The position numbers and the translations under genes are program-made. A stretch of 63,932 nt of DNA, filler included, from a bacterium (lineage in GTDB: Bacteria; UBP15; UBA6099; JAJRTR01): the NCBI GenBank assembly GCA_024278215.1. It is 4 parts of 4 records of this genome, joined end to end, with 100 filler letters (N's around TTAATTAATTAA, not from the genome) between each part and the next. Parts side by side here need not be neighbours in the genome. Positions count along the whole stretch, not along the records: positions 21,809 to 41,401 come from JAJRTR010000054.1; positions 41,502 to 60,877 come from JAJRTR010000056.1; 2 more parts are not named here. One strand, written 5' to 3'. Of the stretch, positions 38,146 through 48,268 are shown one piece after another; positions within the stretch are counted from its first letter, which is position 1; each line of letters starts with the position of its first letter. The notes under the pieces are model-generated. The model was given only the letters and a program-made list of their open reading frames with translations. It did no database searches and was not told the origin of the DNA.

Positions 38146-40952
38146 TTCTCATCATCCGCAGCGGAACTCATGAACATTTCGAAACTGTTTATCGGGAACA
38201 CCGTGAACACGGCCCGATTGCAGCTCTGGTGCAGCCTCAATTTGCAGAGCTCTACGCGGAACAGTATCCGGAGTGTGAAATATTCACTTTCCCCGAAGAC
38301 GGTATGTTCAATATCGGAATGATCCGTCTGTCCTGGCTTCTCGCGCTGAGAAAGAAAAAATTCTCCGAGATCATCCTGCTCTACAATTCCCGGGACAAGA
38401 AGGGTTATGAGCATTTGGAATTTCTTGCAATCGCGTTAGGCGGACGGCAAGTCACGGGTGTGTATCTCAATGGGGAAACAGAACATCTCCAGACATTCGT
38501 TCTTTTGCCTCTAATCCTCTATACGTTATGCATTCCTCTTTTATCGATCATTCCGTTTCTCATCACTCTGGCAGGTCTATTCCCCGGCGCCGTACACTCT
38601 AAACAGGAGTATTGCAGTCCGGTCGATACGTCCGGTATCAGCTTCCTGATTCCAAACTACAACGGGAAGCACCTTTTAAAGATGTTTCTTCCGAGTGTGC
38701 TGGAGGAGGCGCACAGGCAGGCCGCCGCGGGCCGGAGTGTTGAGGTCATTATAGTTGATGACGCCAGCACAGATGGAAGCAGGGAATTCATTGAAGAAGA
38801 ATTTCCAAGCGTAAAGATTGTAGCACTGGCTGTGAACCGTGGTTTTCCGGGCGCGTGCAACAGCGGTATCGACGTCGCTCAATACGACCTGCTGCTATTG
38901 CTTAACAATGACATTAAACTCGATCCCGGCGCAGTCGACGCACTTCTTCCGCATTTCAGCGATCCGGATGTATTCAGCGTATCGCCCCAGGTGCGCCGTC
39001 TCCACGACAATAAGCCACTACACCTGCGCTCGGTCGCGTTCATGCAAAACGGAAAGTTCTGGTATACACATGATGACGACGATACGATTGTGCCGGGAGA
39101 ACAATTCGTCTCCATCGGTTGCGCCTCGCTTATGGACTTGCGCAAAGTCAGGCTGATAGGCGGGTTCGACATTATGTACAGCCCCTTTTACGCGGAAGAT
39201 ACGGACTTGGGGTATCAGGCATTGAAACGTGGCTGGAGGATCCTTTACGAACCCAATGCCGTAGTGCTCCACGAAAGCCGCGCTACAATCGGCGTGCATT
39301 TTTCCGATGAAAAGATTAAGACTGTCATCGAACGCAATCATATCCTTTTCGTATGGAAAAACATTCAGAATATCCGGTTTATCTGGAAGCACTTTTTGCG
39401 CACTCTGAGCGAGAGTCTTTTCCGATGGTCGCATGGAGACAAAACAAAAATACACGCATTGGCCGGTGCCGTGACGCATCTGCCCGCCGTGCTGAAGCGC
39501 CGCATTGCTTCCAATAGGCGACGCATAATTCCCGACTGGCGCATTTTCGAACGCACGCTAAAGAATAAGTATATTGCGAACTCGGAAACAGTGGCGCAGT
39601 TGCGCCGGAAACGGCTTGTCGACAATCCGCATAAGGTACTGCTGGTTCTACCGCGTGCCGACAAACTTTCGCCTTACATTCCCTCTTATGGGCTGGCTGC
39701 GCTGGCGACCCTGCTTGCCGACAACGGCTTTACTGTGCGTGTCCTGGATTTCAATATCGCTCCGCAGATGCCGTCCCTTCATAGCGTAATACGTGAATTT
39801 CAACCAGATGTCGTAGGGTTCTCCGGCTATACCAGCATGTGGCAACAGACATCAGAAATGATAGATTATGTCTATCACCTGGGAATCCCCGTGCTTGTCG
39901 GCGGCCCTCATGCAACACTTTGTGATGACAGTCTCCTTGACGACCACCGAATACAATATATTGTCAAAGGCGAAGCCGAAGATGTCATACTCTCCGTGAT
40001 GCAGCGATCATTCGATTTTACAAACCGCCCGGAGATAATCCAGGGCTATCCTGTGTCCCTGAAAAACCAACCAATCAACGATTATCGCATGTTCGTCAAT
40101 CATGAAAAACTATCCGTTTATCCTCTCCTGACCAGCCGGGGCTGCCCCCACAATTGCGCGTTCTGTGCTGTGGAGACCATTTCGTCACGCAAATGGCGGA
40201 CCAGACCACTCGAAAAATGTATACAGGAGTTGCACCTTGCACGCGAACGTTATCCTGCCGTTTCCAAGCTCGACATAATCGACAGCAGCCCCAGCCAGAA
40301 CCTTCCGAGATTCAAGAATTTTATCCGCATGTTCCTTGATGAGCAGTTCCCGTGGTCGTTCTGGATTTCAAACATGAGAGCGGACAGAGTTGATGATGAA
40401 CTCCTATATCTTCTCAGGCGAGCAGGCTGCTTTCAGCTTTCCATCGGCGTGGAACACGGAGACCCGGAAGTATTCGACAGGATAGGCAAGGGTGAAACGC
40501 TCGACGATATCCGCCGCTCTGCAATCCTTATAAAACAACACGGCTTCAAGCTGGGCCTATGCTTCGTGGTCGGACTGCCGCACGATTCTATGCCCGCCAC
40601 AATGAAGTCCATTGCCCTGGCGCGTGATCTTCAACCTGATTATATATTCTGGAACATGATGCACCCTTTCAAAGGGACGGCGGCTTATCGGTGGTTCGAA
40701 CAGAATGGGACTTTCTACGATGTACCCGATTTTTCGTCGTATGATAATCTTTCTATCTATCCCATGGACCCATGCGTAGATTATCCGGGATTCACCAGAA
40801 AACAGATAAAAAAGGCGCACTTCATCGCAAAAATCCACACAGGAGCCTACCGCGTCCACGGTATTAGAGACAATGTTCGCCTGGTATTGACATCATTAAA
40901 ATATGGGTGTCTTAAGTATCTCGTCCGGAATCGAAGAAAAGCAATGTTTTGA
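38142..40952 (+). CDS. Fusion: N-terminal module + TM + GT2 glycosyltransferase + B12-binding radical SAM
   Basis: IPNYNG, VDDASTD, LLNND and AEDTD, then GGPH, GEAE and TSRGCPHNCAFC. Confidence 0.88.
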   Translation: MILIIRSGTHEHFETVYREHREHGPIAALVQPQFAELYAEQYPECEIFTFPEDGMFNIGMIRLSWLLALRKKKFSEIILLYNSRDKKGYEHLEFLAIALGGRQVTGVYLNGETEHLQTFVLLPLILYTLCIPLLSIIPFLITLAGLFPGAVHSKQEYCSPVDTSGISFLIPNYNGKHLLKMFLPSVLEEAHRQAAAGRSVEVIIVDDASTDGSREFIEEEFPSVKIVALAVNRGFPGACNSGIDVAQYDLLLLLNNDIKLDPGAVDALLPHFSDPDVFSVSPQVRRLHDNKPLHLRSVAFMQNGKFWYTHDDDDTIVPGEQFVSIGCASLMDLRKVRLIGGFDIMYSPFYAEDTDLGYQALKRGWRILYEPNAVVLHESRATIGVHFSDEKIKTVIERNHILFVWKNIQNIRFIWKHFLRTLSESLFRWSHGDKTKIHALAGAVTHLPAVLKRRIASNRRRIIPDWRIFERTLKNKYIANSETVAQLRRKRLVDNPHKVLLVLPRADKLSPYIPSYGLAALATLLADNGFTVRVLDFNIAPQMPSLHSVIREFQPDVVGFSGYTSMWQQTSEMIDYVYHLGIPVLVGGPHATLCDDSLLDDHRIQYIVKGEAEDVILSVMQRSFDFTNRPEIIQGYPVSLKNQPINDYRMFVNHEKLSVYPLLTSRGCPHNCAFCAVETISSRKWRTRPLEKCIQELHLARERYPAVSKLDIIDSSPSQNLPRFKNFIRMFLDEQFPWSFWISNMRADRVDDELLYLLRRAGCFQLSIGVEHGDPEVFDRIGKGETLDDIRRSAILIKQHGFKLGLCFVVGLPHDSMPATMKSIALARDLQPDYIFWNMMHPFKGTAAYRWFEQNGTFYDVPDFSSYDNLSIYPMDPCVDYPGFTRKQIKKAHFIAKIHTGAYRVHGIRDNVRLVLTSLKYGCLKYLVRNRRKAMF

Positions 40953-41062
40953 CACTGTTGATTCTCTCACATCCCGGGATGTTACGGCCCGTTACAAAAG
41001 TTGTGAGTTCGGAGAAAATTGACTTTCATCCGCATCATTGTTTAAGGAGGAGGTTCTCATTT

Positions 41063-41260
41063 ATGTCGGAAAGAACACCTTGTGAATCAAATATTCGTTT
41101 CAGTGATTCTCCAATTTTTATTGTCGCGGTATCCAGAACAGGCACTGAACTTGCTACGAACCTTGTTTCAATTCATCCCGTCGCAGTTGGTCTTCCTCAC
41201 GAACCAAGGCCCATTTCAAATTTGATTGATTACGTAAAATATCTGAGGTTTATTTATAAG
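41063..41260 (+). pseudogene. Sulfotransferase-like N-terminus interrupted by an IS end
   Basis: RBS AAGGAGGAGG; PIFIVAVSRTGT..L..HP..PHE; repeat sequence starts at 41261. Confidence 0.6.
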
Positions 41261-41401
41261 CTGGACAGTACCAAGTTTACCATCAAGCTGCAAGGCGAAA
41301 GTCAGGTAATCTACCAGGGTCGGCGTTTTCGAGGATGAATAACGCAAGGTCGGCCTGATTATCCCCGGCAAAGAGAAATTCGGGAAGTGAATGCCTCAGG
41401 G
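41261..41401 (+). mobile_element. End of an unidentified multicopy insertion sequence at a contig break
   Basis: 41261-41400 is the exact reverse complement of 60978-61117; flanks diverge beyond CTGGACAGTACC. Confidence 0.7.
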
Positions 41402-41501
41402 NNNNNNNNNNNNNNNNNNNNNNNNNNNNNNNNNNNNNNNNNNNNTTAATTAATTAANNNNNNNNNNNNNNNNNNNNNNNNNNNNNNNNNNNNNNNNNNN
41501 N
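41402..41501. other. Artificial contig spacer
   Basis: N44-TTAATTAATTAA-N44. Confidence 0.97.
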
Positions 41502-42966
41502 ACAACAGCTTTCCGAGATCGGCCTTTTCAAGTTTCGAATATCGCGTTCTGAGCGTTATGTCGAGCTGCCTGAAAACTGAAGAGTACGAGTTGATGAGTT
41601 GCCTTTGGGCAATGCTTATTTTTTTTATTCCACTGAACGGGTCGAGCAGTTCGTTAGCCAGTTGCTGATATTCGCCGTGCAATTGTGAAGCGATGTGAAG
41701 CAACGTCTTGTGGTCGATGCCCGCTGCTCCGGCAAGCAGGTTGTCCCTGAAATCGGCTGCAATCCGCATATTTCTGTTTCTTGCCGCCTCTGAATATGCC
41801 GGGGCGTCTTTATTGAAGGCGGCAGTGAACGGGTCTGTAAAACCAGGCGGCAGATCAAGCAGTTTTTGGATTGTTTCGACGGGTTTCAAGCGGGCCGATG
41901 ATGTGGCCGTGTCTGAAGGAAACAGGATGTTCGTTCTCTTAACATAATCGACGTAACTCCATTCGGAGCCGAACTTTTCATCGAGCATACGGCCGTAGTC
42001 GGCAAGCCATGCGGGTGGCGCGACAAATTCCGGGCACCGGGCGGTTTGGGAGTTCTGCTTGCCTGCCATACAGTATGCCGCCGCGCGCAGGGCGTTGCGC
42101 CGGGAGATTGTCCACACTGCCTGCGGGGACATCATATCTGTTCCGAGGCCGGCTTCAGAAGCCGCTTTCGCTATATCTTCCGAAATCGAAATGATCATGT
42201 CCGGCGCGGGCTGTTCTCCGCTGTCGCGCGTGATCTCCATCTTCATGAGGGGGCCGGACAGGTCTGCATCGAGCGCAGTCTGTGCCTTGCCGCCGAGGGC
42301 CCTGTCGCCGAAAGTATTTTTCGCGAATCTCTCGTAAGCGTATACCGATGCCGACACGAGCGCGTTGCTGACTGTTTCAGCCTGCCGCGCATCTTCGTCC
42401 GGCACGTAAGCGAAGTCAAAAAACAGTTCAGGCGCCACAATATTTTTTATAATAGTCACATCCAGGTCACCCGGCAGCACATCGCGTTTTTCTATTATGC
42501 CATGGTCGATCACACCAGCGAAAACCGCCGCTTCGAGATTCGTCTCGGGAGAAACAACAACCTTGTTTTCACCTGAATCGACCGGCGGCGCAATCGCGGA
42601 AAGCAGTGGTTCACCTTCTGCCGTTTCGACCCGCACAATAAGATTTCGCTCGCCCGCAGGGACGCCCTCGAGCCTGAAGACGCCGTTTTTAAGCTGCGCG
42701 GCCGGCACCTGCGTGAGCGGCGCGAGTCCCGTTCCGTCGGGCTGCACACGATACAACCGCACGACAGCGCCGGCTTTCAACTGCGCGACATTGCCCGCTT
42801 CCGCGAGTTCCAGCCCGAAACCCGTAAATGCGTCGATCCTGCCGGTGACGACACCTTCGGGCGCGCCCGCTCTACCCTGGTCCTTTTTCCCGCCGCCGCA
42901 GCCGCCGGCAACAAGCACGAAGCCCAGTATAATGACAATCAGAATGATTATTTTGTACTTTCTCAT
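41502..42966 (-). CDS. Lipoprotein of unknown function, 3'-truncated
   Basis: MRKYK, hydrophobic helix, then AGGC lipobox. Confidence 0.75.
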
Positions 42967-43150
42967 TGCTTCCCCGTTTCCGGCGCAGCCGGATTGCCGT
43001 CCTTTTGTGATATGTCAGAATTCTAACTGAAGCTGTAAGAAAATCATAACTGTGAATGAAAAGAAGCTCACTACTGCCATGTCACACTTGTAAATGTGCG
43101 GGATGTGGGCGGGATCACCGCAGCCCGCCGGATCATATTATTGATAACCG

Positions 43151-45601
43151 CTATAACATGCCTGAATTTATGAGATGAATGATAGTGGCCGCCACGGTAC
43201 AGACTGCAATATTCGACGCGACGAGAAGGGTGGCGGCGGCAATGGGAGACAGTCCGAATACTCGCGAAATAATATTATGTTGAAGATATATTTCCCAGAT
43301 CATTATTGCGCCGACAATCACGGGAGCGCCGAACGGAAGGAACGGAATCACAATATACAGGGGCCGCAGGGCCACGCATCTGCTGAGCAGTTCGAACACT
43401 CGCAGGGGTTCCCCCCCGGTGAAGATCGACACGATGAGTGAAACAAGCAGCAACCACCCCAGCTGCAATCCGAAAAACACGGCGAAGGACGACCGGTAGG
43501 AGTGCATCCAGATATACACCGCGCTTCGAGCGGCGGCAGAGTAGCCTGTCGGATCGAGCACCGAATGCGGCGCGAGCGCGGAGAAGGCAAACGCGGCCGC
43601 CGCGGCACCCGCAAGCAGCATCGGGAGTCCGAAAAACAGCAGGTTTCCCGTCGTCCGGCCCGGTGCGTCGTCGGTGGCGGCGAGTTGTTCGGGCTCGACG
43701 AAAGCAGGCCACAGCAATCCGTATCCCGCCCATACCATATATAACGGCACAAGCAGCATCAGCAGTACGAGAAACTCTTTGCCGGGGAAAACAAAGCCGG
43801 TTATCGAGCGGCGGCGGCTGAGCGGCTCGCCTGAAAGGCCGGCGATATGCTCGTAGGCGAGTTTGGGTTCGCGCTGCGATGTAAGCAACCCCGAGAAGAC
43901 GGTGTTGTTTTGCCCGCGGGGGTCCACAAGCGGGCCTTCGTAATCGGCGAACGAGTCCAGGAACCACCCTGCCGCCGCCCTGCTCCGGCCAAGCAATCTG
44001 TCTATGGTCAGAATCGTATTTGTCTGATCTGTTTCCGAGTCTTTGATATTTATCTCACCGGTGTTTCCGGGTATACCCTGCGCGCCGTAGTCCACGACGA
44101 TAGTCTGTTTCGCGCCCGGCGCATATTCCCTCGAGATTCCGCCGACTGATTTTTCCTGAGCCCGCGCACTTTTTCCGAACATGTTTATCGTATTGAAATC
44201 ACTTGCCGGGTGAGATATGTAGCCGGTGCCCCGCGCGGCGATATAGACGGGTCTGGTGCCGTCCAGTGAGCGGATGAGTTCCGTGAGGCGTGCTGTAGTG
44301 CCGAAAGACAGGTTGCCGGCATCGCCCGGAGCGACTGAGAGCCCCCAGGCGACAATCGAAGGCCGGTTCCTGTCGCGCAGGATCATGCGCCGTATCCGGT
44401 CCTCGACCTCATCGACGTAGCTGCCGCCCGCGCCGAGCCATTCGTATGCCGGTACCGGGAATTCCTCGACAACGAACAGTCCGCGCCGGTCGCATTCGTC
44501 CAGCATCGCCGGGTGGACCGGATGCGCGAAACGAACGGCGTTGAACCCGGCGGTTTCGATTCTGTCGAGATCGGTTTTCAGGGTGTCGACATTGACGACC
44601 GGCCCCCTGCCGCCGGGCATCTGCTCGCGCCATGTCACGCCCCGCAGTTTCGGCGGATTATCGTTCGAGCCACGGTTGCCGGCGGCGGCATTCCGGCCCT
44701 GCACGATTCCGAATTTCGCGGCTATGCCGTCTGCCGTGCCTGTAAGCCGGATGGCGACAAGAGACACGACATACAGTTCGGGTGTCCGGGGTGTCCAGGC
44801 GATTACGGGCGACACATCGCCCTCCCACGTCACATTGCCCGAACCGTCTTCGTTCCAGGTGATCCCGGCATCGAACGTCATGACATGTGCACCTTCGGCA
44901 TTCTGTATCTTGCCGAAAACCATGACTTGCGAGCTGGTGTCGGAATCCAGCGCGGCCGAGACGATTATCGTCGCTGTCGCGCCTCGAATGGAAAGTGTCT
45001 GAACCCGAACATCTCTGAACCGCAGATCTTTTCGCAGTTCGAGATAAGCTTCCCTGTAGATGCCGCCGAAATTCTTTTCGTCACCGGGCGGCTCGAGACC
45101 GGGGATTGTCCTGCTGTTGTCGAGCGAAACTTCGATGACGCTCTTCTTCTCGTAATCGACAAAATCAGTTATATCCATCTCGAGCGGCGTGTATCTCGAG
45201 AAACCGCTGGATACGAGTTCCCCGTTGACGCGGACCTCCGAGTAACCGGCGAGCCCGCCGAAACAGACGAATGTGCGACCGTCACGCCAGTCGTCGGGAA
45301 ACTCGAATTCGAGGCTGTACAGTGATTTTCCCACATAGTTTTCGAGGCCGGGAATAGAATTCCAAGCATGAGGCACCACGACTGTATGCCACCCGTTATC
45401 CTGCCCGGTGCGGAACCGCCATTTACCGTTAAGCCAGAGTTGTTTGCGGAAAGGATTGGGCGGCGGCTCTACCGGCTCGAACAAAACCGGCGCACTTTTA
45501 TAGTCGGGCCTGACGGTGTTGCCCGGCGCTGTTAGAAAAAGCAGTCCGGCCATAGCCGCGAGCACCAGCAATGCAAGGCCATATTGAGGCGATCTGGTCA
45601 T
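43151..45601 (-). CDS. GH2-like protein with C-terminal multi-TM domain, probably non-catalytic
   Basis: LNGKWRF, VPHAWN, FGGIYR, GFNAVR and RDRNRPSIVAW motifs, but no NE motif; several C-terminal hydrophobic helices. Confidence 0.8.
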   Translation of the reverse strand: MTRSPQYGLALLVLAAMAGLLFLTAPGNTVRPDYKSAPVLFEPVEPPPNPFRKQLWLNGKWRFRTGQDNGWHTVVVPHAWNSIPGLENYVGKSLYSLEFEFPDDWRDGRTFVCFGGLAGYSEVRVNGELVSSGFSRYTPLEMDITDFVDYEKKSVIEVSLDNSRTIPGLEPPGDEKNFGGIYREAYLELRKDLRFRDVRVQTLSIRGATATIIVSAALDSDTSSQVMVFGKIQNAEGAHVMTFDAGITWNEDGSGNVTWEGDVSPVIAWTPRTPELYVVSLVAIRLTGTADGIAAKFGIVQGRNAAAGNRGSNDNPPKLRGVTWREQMPGGRGPVVNVDTLKTDLDRIETAGFNAVRFAHPVHPAMLDECDRRGLFVVEEFPVPAYEWLGAGGSYVDEVEDRIRRMILRDRNRPSIVAWGLSVAPGDAGNLSFGTTARLTELIRSLDGTRPVYIAARGTGYISHPASDFNTINMFGKSARAQEKSVGGISREYAPGAKQTIVVDYGAQGIPGNTGEINIKDSETDQTNTILTIDRLLGRSRAAAGWFLDSFADYEGPLVDPRGQNNTVFSGLLTSQREPKLAYEHIAGLSGEPLSRRRSITGFVFPGKEFLVLLMLLVPLYMVWAGYGLLWPAFVEPEQLAATDDAPGRTTGNLLFFGLPMLLAGAAAAAFAFSALAPHSVLDPTGYSAAARSAVYIWMHSYRSSFAVFFGLQLGWLLLVSLIVSIFTGGEPLRVFELLSRCVALRPLYIVIPFLPFGAPVIVGAIMIWEIYLQHNIISRVFGLSPIAAATLLVASNIAVCTVAATIIHLINSGML

Positions 45602-45656
45602 AAGACGGTAAAAGTATACAAAAAAAAACAGTGGGTGTATAGAAAAACAAACTTAT

Positions 45657-45705
45657 GAGCCAATCGCAGCCGACCGCGCCGCGAAAATAATTTTGCAAGC
45701 GGCTC
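45657..45705. mobile_element. MITE family A, 49-bp internally deleted copy
   Basis: GAGCCAATCGC..TTGCAAGCGGCTC with 4-bp TSD TTAT. Confidence 0.7.
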
Positions 45706-45780
45706 TTATGTCCTGCCGCGTCGCATGTCCATTACAGGCTGAAAGCTGTTCCCGGCGCGATTTCAGGATATAATTATTTT

Positions 45781-48147
45781 ATGGGAAAAAAGTTTATGCT
45801 TCTGTCTCTTCTGTGCATAGCCGCATCGGCGGTTGCCGGTGTCTTCATGGCCGCCACGCCCCTGCTGAACGTCATCGGTTATGAAAGCGGCGCGGCGGCA
45901 GCGATCTTCATTTCCGTTGTCGCGTGCATACTGGGGGTCGCGGCGGGAAGAGCCACGCGGACGGCGGACGATGCAGCCGCCGCGCCCGCTGTGCTTTCGG
46001 TCAACAGGGCATATATGCTAAGTCTTGCGGCGGGTTTCGCGTCGCTCGCGTCGCTCGCGTCGATTATCGCCGCAAAAACGTTCTTCTTCGACAAATGCAA
46101 TATCGGAACCGGCTTCCCGATTTTCGCGTGGATAGCCGTTCCCACCCTGATCCACACAACAGCAGTGGGCGTTTTCCTTGGCCGCCGCTGCTCGAAACGA
46201 TGGACGGCCACCCTGCTTTTCGCGGCATACTTCCTGCTCTCGGCGGTCGCGACACTTATGGAGTTCCTTCTCGGGCAGCACCAGGTTGTGAACAACCTGA
46301 TTATCGGCGCTTTCACCATGACCGGCTTCAACGGCTGGGCGCTTGTCGTGCCCGATTCCTTCTATGTATATCGAATTCTTATTATGTTTTTTTCAGTTTT
46401 CTTCATCGGGCTTGCGATCCTTGCGCGACCCGGCGGCGGCGAACTCTCAAAAACGGACCATTTCATCGGCTGGCGCAACGTGGTCGTTCCGCTGGTCGTT
46501 TTTGTCGCATGTGTTGTTTTCGTGCCCGACCAGACAGGTTTCGGCTCGGGGCGCAGGACGCTCGACGCCGAACTGTCCGAAACGATCGACACGGGGAACG
46601 CGGTTATTCATTTCTCGCCGGGCGCTATGACACGCGACGAACGCCGCCGCGCCGCCGCATATACCGAATGGTGGCTGCTGCGGATTCGCGACGCTCTTGA
46701 TATGGAGCAGCCGTGGAAAGTGCAGATATATCTTTACCGCGACAGCGACCAGATGGAACGCCATACCTGCGCGCGCGACTTCTATTTCGCGCAGCCCTGG
46801 AAACAGACGCTCCATATCGAGAAACGTTCTGTCGGCACTGAGATTATGAAACACGAACTCACACACGTCATGATGGGCGCATTCGGCAGCGGCATTTTCG
46901 GCACACCGTACAATATGGGCGCGGTGGAAGGCATAGCTGTGGCGGTAGAAGAAGACCTGTTCCGTGGGGCGGATTCGCAGGAAAAGTACGCCGCCGCGCT
47001 TCAGGCTCATGTGATAGCGCCGGGAACACAGACTATCAGCAACGCAGGCTTCGGCGCGACGACGATGTGGAAATCTTATGATATGGCCGGTGGATTCGTC
47101 GGATTCCTGCTCTACAGGTACGGTCCTGAAAAGTATGAGAAATATTACGCGCATACCGATGCGCAAAAGGCATACGGCAAAACGCTGGGCGGGTTGAATA
47201 AAGAATGGTACGACTGGCTCGCCGGGATCGAAGTCAGGCCCTATGTGCTGAAATATGTCGCACACAAGTATGACGACACGGCTTTTCCGGCTTTCTACAA
47301 GACGAGATGTCCGCGTGTGGGCTCGCGCGAAAAGGAGGAAGAGAGTCCATATCGGAAAGTGGGCGCGCTGCGGGAGGAAAAGAAATACGACGAGGCGGCA
47401 GCGTTGTGCGGGGCCTATTATGCGAAGAACAACGACCCGGAGTGGCTTGTACGCAAAGCCCGGGCTCACAGGGAGGCAGGAGAATATCAAAAAATGGCCG
47501 CCGCCGCGCGGCAGGCGTCGAACGCGGAAAAGATTCAGCCGGGCACAAAGGGCCGGGCATACCTTCTCGAAGCATGGGCATACGCAAAACTCGGCGATTT
47601 CGCCGCCGCCGCCGATGCTCTCGAAGCGTTGAGCGAATACGGGGTTTATGAACCTGAATACACGGAGATCGCACTGAGAATCGCTCGCCGGAAGGGCACG
47701 AACAGGATTCTGTTGTGCGCGTATCTGCACCGTGCATATTCAGATGCCGCATACGGGAAATTGCTGGAAACCGCCGCCGCGCTCGATCCTGATTTCGGTA
47801 TTATCTATCAGCAGGCGGCAGCGAGTATCGGGAAAGATACGTTCAGGAACATTGACGGATACCTTGAGCGGTTTTCGGAGCTTACGGAGAAATTCCTGAA
47901 ACTGAGCCCCGGCCTGAATGAAACGAAATACGATCTCTTACAACGACTCGGCACGGCATATCTCGATGCCCGCCGCTACGATGAAGCAGTCTCGACATTC
48001 AATAGAATGACCGGATTCGCCGCCAGCGGCAAAGACGTTTACCAGGCCCGTGAACTTGCGGCCCGTGCGGCATTTGTTGGAGCGTACAACAGTGTCGAAC
48101 CGCGCGCTGAAACGTCCCCTGGCGGCGTCGAAATTGACTCTCCTTGA
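45781..48147 (+). CDS. Polytopic membrane protein with Zn-metallopeptidase (HExxH) and TPR-like domains
   Basis: Multiple N-terminal TM helices; KHELTH..VEGIA; helical repeats at the C-terminus. Confidence 0.7.
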   Translation: MGKKFMLLSLLCIAASAVAGVFMAATPLLNVIGYESGAAAAIFISVVACILGVAAGRATRTADDAAAAPAVLSVNRAYMLSLAAGFASLASLASIIAAKTFFFDKCNIGTGFPIFAWIAVPTLIHTTAVGVFLGRRCSKRWTATLLFAAYFLLSAVATLMEFLLGQHQVVNNLIIGAFTMTGFNGWALVVPDSFYVYRILIMFFSVFFIGLAILARPGGGELSKTDHFIGWRNVVVPLVVFVACVVFVPDQTGFGSGRRTLDAELSETIDTGNAVIHFSPGAMTRDERRRAAAYTEWWLLRIRDALDMEQPWKVQIYLYRDSDQMERHTCARDFYFAQPWKQTLHIEKRSVGTEIMKHELTHVMMGAFGSGIFGTPYNMGAVEGIAVAVEEDLFRGADSQEKYAAALQAHVIAPGTQTISNAGFGATTMWKSYDMAGGFVGFLLYRYGPEKYEKYYAHTDAQKAYGKTLGGLNKEWYDWLAGIEVRPYVLKYVAHKYDDTAFPAFYKTRCPRVGSREKEEESPYRKVGALREEKKYDEAAALCGAYYAKNNDPEWLVRKARAHREAGEYQKMAAAARQASNAEKIQPGTKGRAYLLEAWAYAKLGDFAAAADALEALSEYGVYEPEYTEIALRIARRKGTNRILLCAYLHRAYSDAAYGKLLETAAALDPDFGIIYQQAAASIGKDTFRNIDGYLERFSELTEKFLKLSPGLNETKYDLLQRLGTAYLDARRYDEAVSTFNRMTGFAASGKDVYQARELAARAAFVGAYNSVEPRAETSPGGVEIDSP

Positions 48148-48222
48148 GATGATTACGAAGAAGCGTAGATGCCGGCATTTAACCCCTTGACTTTGCATGG
48201 CATGTGGTATTTTGCATCGCCA

Positions 48223-48241
48223 CTGTTGTATTTTGCAACAG
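48223..48241. promoter_or_regulatory. Palindromic putative activator-binding site
   Basis: CTGTTGTATTTTGCAACAG; the 16-mer core recurs exactly at 49717. Confidence 0.55.
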
Positions 48242-48268
48242 TTGTGATATTATTGATATGAAAATATT

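Noticed and set aside
1-41401. Phage as a prophage integrated beside the two-component/glycan locus
   Set aside because: A spacer separates them, and no integrase or att site is visible, so the linkage is unsupported.
46447-47730. Long antisense ORFs (427 aa here; also 9836-10750, 44513-45325, 48356-49165)
   Set aside because: They fully overlap well-supported genes on the opposite strand and lack motifs; typical shadow ORFs in GC-rich DNA.
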